Source of the DNA: Spirochaetales bacterium | GTDB taxonomy: Bacteria; Spirochaetota; Spirochaetia; JABEVK01 | Reading direction: 5' to 3' | NCBI GenBank assembly: GCA_037142615.1 | Contig: JBAXAI010000011.1 | Coordinates: forward strand, 1 to 64,000 | Length of the DNA: 64,000 bases | Shown here: positions 58,924 to 64,000 of the stretch, piece by piece | Position numbering within the stretch: the stretch's first letter is position 1 | How the letters are laid out: each line of letters starts with the position of its first letter | The notes under the pieces: generated by a model | Database searches by the model: none | What the model saw: the letters and a program-made list of their open reading frames with translations, nothing else | Told to the model about the DNA's origin: nothing | Translations under genes and position numbers: made by a program

Positions 58924-60437
58924 GCGAACACCACCACCGCACCCTGGCCGAACTCGACAGCGAGGCCGTCGCCGTCTGGAACGAATACGAGCCCCAAGTG
59001 GCCGCTGGTACCCTCAAGGCCAAGGACCGCGCCAAGATTCCGCAGATGGATATGCCCAGCCAGGACCCGTCGGTCCGTCGTCACAACCAGGGCGAAGTGG
59101 CCCTGGGCTACACCGAGGCGCAAGTGCGCGTCGAAGCGCTGCGCTGTCTGGACTGCAAGAACGCCCCCTGCGTGGCGGGTTGCCCCGTCACCATCGACAT
59201 TCCCGGCTTCGTCAAGTTGGCCGCCGAGGGCAAGTTCCAGGAATCGATTGACCTGATCAAGCAGTCCAGCGTCCTGCCTGCGGTTTGTGGACGCGTGTGC
59301 CCCCAGGAAAGCCAGTGCATGGAACTGTGCACCGTGGGCAAAGTTGCCAAGGACCGCATGAAGTCGGTGGCCATCGGCCGCATCGAGCGCTTTGTGGCCG
59401 ACAGGGAGCGCGAAAGCGGAGCCGTCAACGTTCCTGCCATCGCAGCGCACACCGGCTGCAGCGTCGCCATCATCGGCTCGGGACCCGCGGGGTTGACGGC
59501 TGCCGCCGATTTGCGCAAGGCCGGTCACGAGGTCTCGATCTTCGAAGCCTTCCACAAGGCCGGCGGCGTCATGGTGTACGGCATTCCCGAGTTCCGTCTG
59601 CCCAAGGCCATTGTCGAGCAAGAAATTGCCACGCTGGCTGCCATGGGGGTCGAGTTTCACCACAACTTTTTGATCGGGCGAACGCGTACCATCAAAGACC
59701 TCATCGAGAAGGACGGGTTCGACGCCATCTTCATCGGTTCCGGCGCAGGCCTGCCGCAGTTCATGAACATCGAGGGCGAGAACCTGGTCGGCGTGTTCAG
59801 CGCCAACGAGTACCTCACCCGATCGAACCTGATGAAGGCCTACGACCGCGCCAACGTCGATACCCCCATCTTCCAGTCCAAAAAGGTGGCCGTGCTCGGT
59901 GGTGGCAACGTGGCCATGGACGCCGCCCGCATGGCGTTGCGCCTGGGTGCCGAAGAGGTCAACATCATCTACCGCCGCACCCGCGACGAAATGCCAGCCC
60001 GCGCCGAAGAGGTCGAGCATGCCGCCGAAGAGGGCATCACGTTCCACTTTTTGTCGAACCCGGTGAGGATTTTGGGCGACGAGACCGGCCGCGTGAAGGC
60101 CGTCGAGTGCCAGCGCTACGAACTGGGCGAGGCCGACGCCTCGGGTCGCCGCAAACCCTTGCCCATCGAAGGGGCATTTTTCACCCTTGAAATGGACACC
60201 GTGATTCCGGCGCTTGGCAACGTGTCGAACCCGCTGATCAAGCAGACCACCATCGAACTCGAAACCAACAAGCGGGGCAACATCGTGGTCGATGACCAAA
60301 AGCGCACGTCGATGCCGCGGGTCTACGCGGGCGGCGACATCGTGCTCGGCGCTGCCACGGTCATCCTGGCGATGGGCGAAGGTCGCACCGCCGCCGCTGC
60401 CATCACCAAGGACCTGGCCGAGCGGCGCTGGGGCTGA
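58920..60437 (+). CDS. nfnB: NfnB/SudA-like subunit (bifurcating transhydrogenase)
   Basis: EALRCLDCKNAPCVAGCPV, CGRVCPQESQC, YGIPEFRLP, SANEYLTR, ATVILAMGEG. Confidence 0.9.
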   Translation: MSEHHHRTLAELDSEAVAVWNEYEPQVAAGTLKAKDRAKIPQMDMPSQDPSVRRHNQGEVALGYTEAQVRVEALRCLDCKNAPCVAGCPVTIDIPGFVKLAAEGKFQESIDLIKQSSVLPAVCGRVCPQESQCMELCTVGKVAKDRMKSVAIGRIERFVADRERESGAVNVPAIAAHTGCSVAIIGSGPAGLTAAADLRKAGHEVSIFEAFHKAGGVMVYGIPEFRLPKAIVEQEIATLAAMGVEFHHNFLIGRTRTIKDLIEKDGFDAIFIGSGAGLPQFMNIEGENLVGVFSANEYLTRSNLMKAYDRANVDTPIFQSKKVAVLGGGNVAMDAARMALRLGAEEVNIIYRRTRDEMPARAEEVEHAAEEGITFHFLSNPVRILGDETGRVKAVECQRYELGEADASGRRKPLPIEGAFFTLEMDTVIPALGNVSNPLIKQTTIELETNKRGNIVVDDQKRTSMPRVYAGGDIVLGAATVILAMGEGRTAAAAITKDLAERRWG

Positions 60438-60441
60438 CGCC

Positions 60442-60789
60442 ATGGAAACCCGCGAGCTGGTCGCCTCGGTCAAGGAACGCTTTCAAGACATCCGGTGTCT
60501 GCAGGTCGAGCACTACCTGGGCCTGATGTCGAGTCCGTTGCGGTTCCACATCCTGTGTGCGCTGAACACGCACTCGTTCTCGGTGGGCGAACTGGTCGAG
60601 ATCTGCGAAGGCACGCTGTCGAACGTCAGTCAGCAGCTCAAGCTGCTCTGGATGGGCGGCTTGATCACCAAGGCCCGCCAGGGCAAAACCATCGTCTACT
60701 CGCTCGGTGACCAGCGTGTCGCCCAGCTCATCGCCACGCTCGAGGAGCTGTTCGCCAAAGAAGTGACAGCCTGCGTGGACGAGGACTAG
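60442..60789 (+). CDS. ArsR-family regulator (Cys-containing)
   Basis: LRFHILCAL, SVGEL, SNVSQQLKLL, RQGKTIVY. Confidence 0.88.
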   Translation: METRELVASVKERFQDIRCLQVEHYLGLMSSPLRFHILCALNTHSFSVGELVEICEGTLSNVSQQLKLLWMGGLITKARQGKTIVYSLGDQRVAQLIATLEELFAKEVTACVDED

Positions 60790-60815
60790 GAGACTTCAGC
60801 GGCCACCGCGCCTTC

Positions 60816-62162
60816 CTACAGGTCCAGCGCGACGCTCGCACTCACACTGCCCTGCGATTGCGCGCGCTGGGCGGCAGTCATTGACCCGTAGGTGCCCAGT
60901 TCGTAGGCCAAAAGCAGCGGCAAAGTTGCTGACACCGAGGCCCTCACCACCAGGAGTTTGGTGCTGAACCCGGCGGTGACGGCACCGAGCAGGGGGTCGA
61001 AGGTCGAGATCATGGTGCGATACTCACCGGGCAGAGGTTGCTGGTAGCCCAACCGTAAGAGCGCCTCGAGGCCGCTGGCCTTGATTCCAGCTTCGACTCC
61101 GGCCGCCAGTTGGCGAAGATTGACGTCACCCACCCGCGAAAGATCCAAGTCGGCGGCGAGCCAAAACGGGTTCGTGGTATCTGAGAACTTGTCGTCGGAA
61201 GGCATAACAGAGAACCCGACGGTGGTGGTGCTGAGCAAGGCCGTGGCCAACTCGCCGTTATAGGCCTTGTCCAAAAAGGGCAGCACGTTGGCGTTGTAGG
61301 CCGCCGCGTTGAGGATGCCAAGGGTGAACACCACGCCGAGGCCGACCTGAAGGCTTGAGTCGGCACCGAAGTTCGTTTGAGACGGGCCCAGAACCGAAAC
61401 GAGCGACGGACCGCCAGGGTTGGAGAGTTCCTTGAGTCCCAAGAACGCGTCGTAGTGGCTGGTGGTGAAGTACCGAAGGTTCGCCCCCACCGCGACGGGC
61501 CCCAGAGGCAGACCAAGTCCGGCCACGGCGCCCAGCGTGCGCTGCACCGAAACTTCGATCGGGGTGTCGAGCCCCGCGTAGCCGGTCGGCAAAAGCGCCA
61601 CGTGGTAGTCGCCGAGCAACGCAAGCCCCCAGAAACGCCCCCCCAGCAGCACGCGGGGCCTGAGGTCCAGCGGACCGAAGTTGCTCAGGTTGTCGTAGGC
61701 CGAGTACGACGCGTAGTACTGCCGGTAGAGCAGGTACTTGTCGCCTGGGCTCAGCGAATCGAAACTCGCGGCGTCCCTGCCCAGTTCGGTCATCAACGCG
61801 GTCAGCTCGGTGCGGTACACGGCAAAATCAACCGGGATCCAGGCTCCCAAAAAGTTGTCCCAGTACGCGTAGTGTTTGGCATTATCGGCGTACGCGAACC
61901 CGGTGCGTTCTTGCACATCGGGCAACGAGGGAATACCGAGTAAACCCTTGTTGAACGAGGCCGAGGCGTTCAGCTCAGTGTCGAAAAAGCCCTTGCGCAA
62001 ATACGCCAGCCCGGCGGGGTTGTAAAAAAGGGTGTTCATGTCGTCGCCCAAGGCGGTCATCGCCCCGGCCATTCCCTGAGCCCTGGTGTCGCCCGTTTGG
62101 GCCGAGAGCGCGAGCGGGAGCGTCAAGATGAGCGACCCAACGGTTCTGAGGATGTATTTCAT
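60816..62162 (-). CDS. putative outer-membrane beta-barrel protein
   Basis: Signal peptide; RAQGMAGA..A..DD...FYNPAGL N-terminal motif seen in FadL/PorV/TraF-like barrels; amphipathic C-terminal strand. Confidence 0.65.
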   Translation of the reverse strand: MKYILRTVGSLILTLPLALSAQTGDTRAQGMAGAMTALGDDMNTLFYNPAGLAYLRKGFFDTELNASASFNKGLLGIPSLPDVQERTGFAYADNAKHYAYWDNFLGAWIPVDFAVYRTELTALMTELGRDAASFDSLSPGDKYLLYRQYYASYSAYDNLSNFGPLDLRPRVLLGGRFWGLALLGDYHVALLPTGYAGLDTPIEVSVQRTLGAVAGLGLPLGPVAVGANLRYFTTSHYDAFLGLKELSNPGGPSLVSVLGPSQTNFGADSSLQVGLGVVFTLGILNAAAYNANVLPFLDKAYNGELATALLSTTTVGFSVMPSDDKFSDTTNPFWLAADLDLSRVGDVNLRQLAAGVEAGIKASGLEALLRLGYQQPLPGEYRTMISTFDPLLGAVTAGFSTKLLVVRASVSATLPLLLAYELGTYGSMTAAQRAQSQGSVSASVALDL

Positions 62163-62743
62163 TGTGAAACCTTGACTTGAACGAAGTTCGACTTGCCCTG
62201 CCCGTCAGGCAGCGTGTCGCGGAACGTGACGCCTTCGACGATGTACCCGGCAGGACCGTAGCCCCACCAGCCATCGGAAGAGACCAAACCATAGCCGGTG
62301 AGTTTGTCAGCCGTCAGGCCAAACATCGAGTCCTTGAGCCATTCGAGACCTTCCCGATGGTCGTTCATCTTGAGCTCGAGAAGGTCAAAGGAGCCCTCGT
62401 AGTGAAGGACGCTCAGGTCTTTCGACAGGGGGAGTTGGTAAATGGCCCGGTAGGTGTCGTTGCCCATCAGGTCGTAAGCGCCGCTTTTCGACTGGGCGGC
62501 GAGCCAGAAGTACAGCACCTCGGGCGAAAGGTAGTCCGACCCGAGTTCCCTCTGGAGCTCCTGGCGAGCCGCAGCGTTGATGTCAACCTGAAACAGAACG
62601 GTCGAAGGCTGGCCCGGCAGCTGGGAGGAACTGAGGGTGTAGATGGCGCGTCCAGGCAGACCTGAATCATTCCCTTGGTTGAGCGAGCACGAGAAAAGGG
62701 CAAAAAAGACAAGCGGTAGAACGCAAAGAGGTTTGCGGCGCAT
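62159..62743 (-). CDS. hypothetical lipoprotein
   Basis: MRRK...FALFSC lipobox; GGAGG RBS; ATGA overlap with next gene. Confidence 0.75.
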   Translation of the reverse strand: MRRKPLCVLPLVFFALFSCSLNQGNDSGLPGRAIYTLSSSQLPGQPSTVLFQVDINAAARQELQRELGSDYLSPEVLYFWLAAQSKSGAYDLMGNDTYRAIYQLPLSKDLSVLHYEGSFDLLELKMNDHREGLEWLKDSMFGLTADKLTGYGLVSSDGWWGYGPAGYIVEGVTFRDTLPDGQGKSNFVQVKVSQ

Positions 62744-62846
62744 AGAAGCCTCCTGGGAGGACAACTTTTAGCTGATAGGGTGTTTATACACCTTAAACTC
62801 CGAAATTTCGGGGATTTCGCAAACAATTGTGGATTTTTTGGAGAAA

Positions 62847-63239
62847 TTATTCTTGGACCGGCTCGCGTGAGCGTGTCGCGGCCAATTCCCGCTCTTCGAC
62901 CGTAGCGGGAAACAGGCGCTGTTCGCAACCAGCGAGGGTCACAGCCATGTGCTGGCCGGCGACGGTGAGCGAAAGGACCTTGCGGCGGCCGTCGCCCCGG
63001 CTGAGGTCACGGAAAATGAGGCCCTTGAGGTCGAGAGTCTTGATGACCCGCGAAAGGCTGGCACCGTGGATTCGCAGCTCGTCGGCGAGATCACCTGCGC
63101 TGAGCGGACCTTTGGCCAAGCAACACAGGGCGAAGCTCTGGTTGAGATTCAGGCCGGTCTCCGTGCGCAGCGACGACTCCAGCTGCACCACCGTCGCCAT
63201 GAGATCCTTGACCTGACACAGATCCTTGAGGTTCAGCAT
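62847..63239 (-). CDS. MarR-family regulator
   Basis: GLNLNQ..L, SLSRVIKTL..KGLI.R, DGRRK..SLT..G. Confidence 0.85.
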   Translation of the reverse strand: MLNLKDLCQVKDLMATVVQLESSLRTETGLNLNQSFALCCLAKGPLSAGDLADELRIHGASLSRVIKTLDLKGLIFRDLSRGDGRRKVLSLTVAGQHMAVTLAGCEQRLFPATVEERELAATRSREPVQE

Positions 63240-63258
63240 GCGCCCATCCTAACGCCCA

Positions 63259-63290
63259 AGAAAGCCCTCGCCAACCTGCGTTGGCGAGGG
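63259..63290 (-). terminator. intrinsic terminator after sqr
   Basis: CCCTCGCCAAC-loop-GTTGGCGAGGG followed by CTTTCTT on minus strand. Confidence 0.7.
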
Positions 63291-63298
63291 GTCAGCCT

Positions 63299-64000
63299 CT
63301 ACTTCTTGAAGGTCTTGTAGCCCATCATGCTCAGGCCCATCTTTTCGTAAAAGGGCGCGGCAACCCCGTTGCGGATCTTACGGATGAAGTACTTTTCGAA
63401 AATGATCTTGCCCCAATGCACCCAGATTCCCTTCTTGGCGATGGTGACGTTGCGGGGAGGAATCTGCGGAATGGCCACGAAGCCCATGCTGTTGCCGTCG
63501 CCGGTATCGGCCGCACACAGCGCGTTCCACTCGGGAACCCTGGTCGGAGCCTGACCGTCGAGCTGCGAGCGGATGTTCACCGCGCTGGCAGCGGCCATCG
63601 ATTCGATCATCACGCCCGTTTTGGGGATGCCGGTGGGAACCGCCGTCGGTTCCTTGGGAGCGATGGCCACGCACACCCCCACGCCGTAGATGTTGGGGAA
63701 CTTAGGGTTCTGTTGCTGCGCGTTGATCAGGATGAACCCACGGGGGTTGGTGAGGCCTTCGATGCCCCTTACCGCGTCAACGCCAGTAAAAGCAGGCAGG
63801 ATCATGGAATGCTTGAACGGGAGCTCGTGAACCTTTTTGTCCTTGCCTTCCTCGTCGCATTCCATCACCGTCATTTTGCCGTCTTCGACCTTTTGGATCT
63901 TGGCGTTGGTGATCCAGCGGACGGTGCGGTCGCGCATCATGCCTTCCATCATCCCCTTGGAGTCGCCCACCCCACCCAAGCCGAGGTGCCCGATGTAGGG
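63299..64000 (-). CDS. sqr: sulfide:quinone oxidoreductase (type I-like), 5' part outside window
   Basis: YIGHLGLGGVGDS, GVCVAI, PKTG.MIESMA, WNALC.AD.GD, PQIPPRN, FEKYF. Confidence 0.88.
   Translation of the reverse strand, partial: PYIGHLGLGGVGDSKGMMEGMMRDRTVRWITNAKIQKVEDGKMTVMECDEEGKDKKVHELPFKHSMILPAFTGVDAVRGIEGLTNPRGFILINAQQQNPKFPNIYGVGVCVAIAPKEPTAVPTGIPKTGVMIESMAAASAVNIRSQLDGQAPTRVPEWNALCAADTGDGNSMGFVAIPQIPPRNVTIAKKGIWVHWGKIIFEKYFIRKIRNGVAAPFYEKMGLSMMGYKTFKK

Noticed and set aside
58920-60437. Glutamate synthase small subunit
   Set aside because: No gltB; paired with an nfnA/sudB-like gene, fitting NfnAB.
1-64000. tRNA, rRNA, transposase or integrase genes
   Set aside because: None recognised by eye; a tRNAscan/Rfam/ISEScan run would be needed to exclude small or degenerate ones.

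Overview
GC-rich bacterial chromosomal window; spirochaete-type lipoboxes and gene content suggest a free-living Spirochaetales-like anaerobe (inference). Left to right: atpB at the edge; a KdgF cupin, YesM/YesN two-component system and TRAP transporter (+); a convergent DeoR-linked sugar operon (E2, E3, fused E1, PHP protein, sorbitol-6-P dehydrogenase-like SDR, SorE-like reductase, vapBC, transaldolase/FSA). Between that operon and its DeoR regulator is an inserted three-gene cassette: an RNase J-like MBL nuclease, a miniature thumb-less DnaE that keeps all three catalytic Asp, and a PD-(D/E)XK-like protein split at a G7 tract. This is the best candidate for an undescribed, possibly defence-related, system. 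Next come MscS, an ArsP-like permease with a thioredoxin-like protein, CheB/CheR plus a hybrid kinase, ArsR, a ferritin-like protein, a polyferredoxin and PsiE. A diverged tandem duplication (MFS, rhodanese, lipoprotein, HK, RR) follows, whose second copy has many microhomology-bounded deletions. The right third is an Mbx/MBS-like complex I-related operon with NfnAB and ArsR, then an outer-membrane barrel/lipoprotein pair, MarR and a partial sulfide:quinone oxidoreductase. No rRNA, tRNA, CRISPR array or transposase was recognised. Several lesions could be sequencing or assembly errors. All calls come from reading motifs by eye; no database searches were run.
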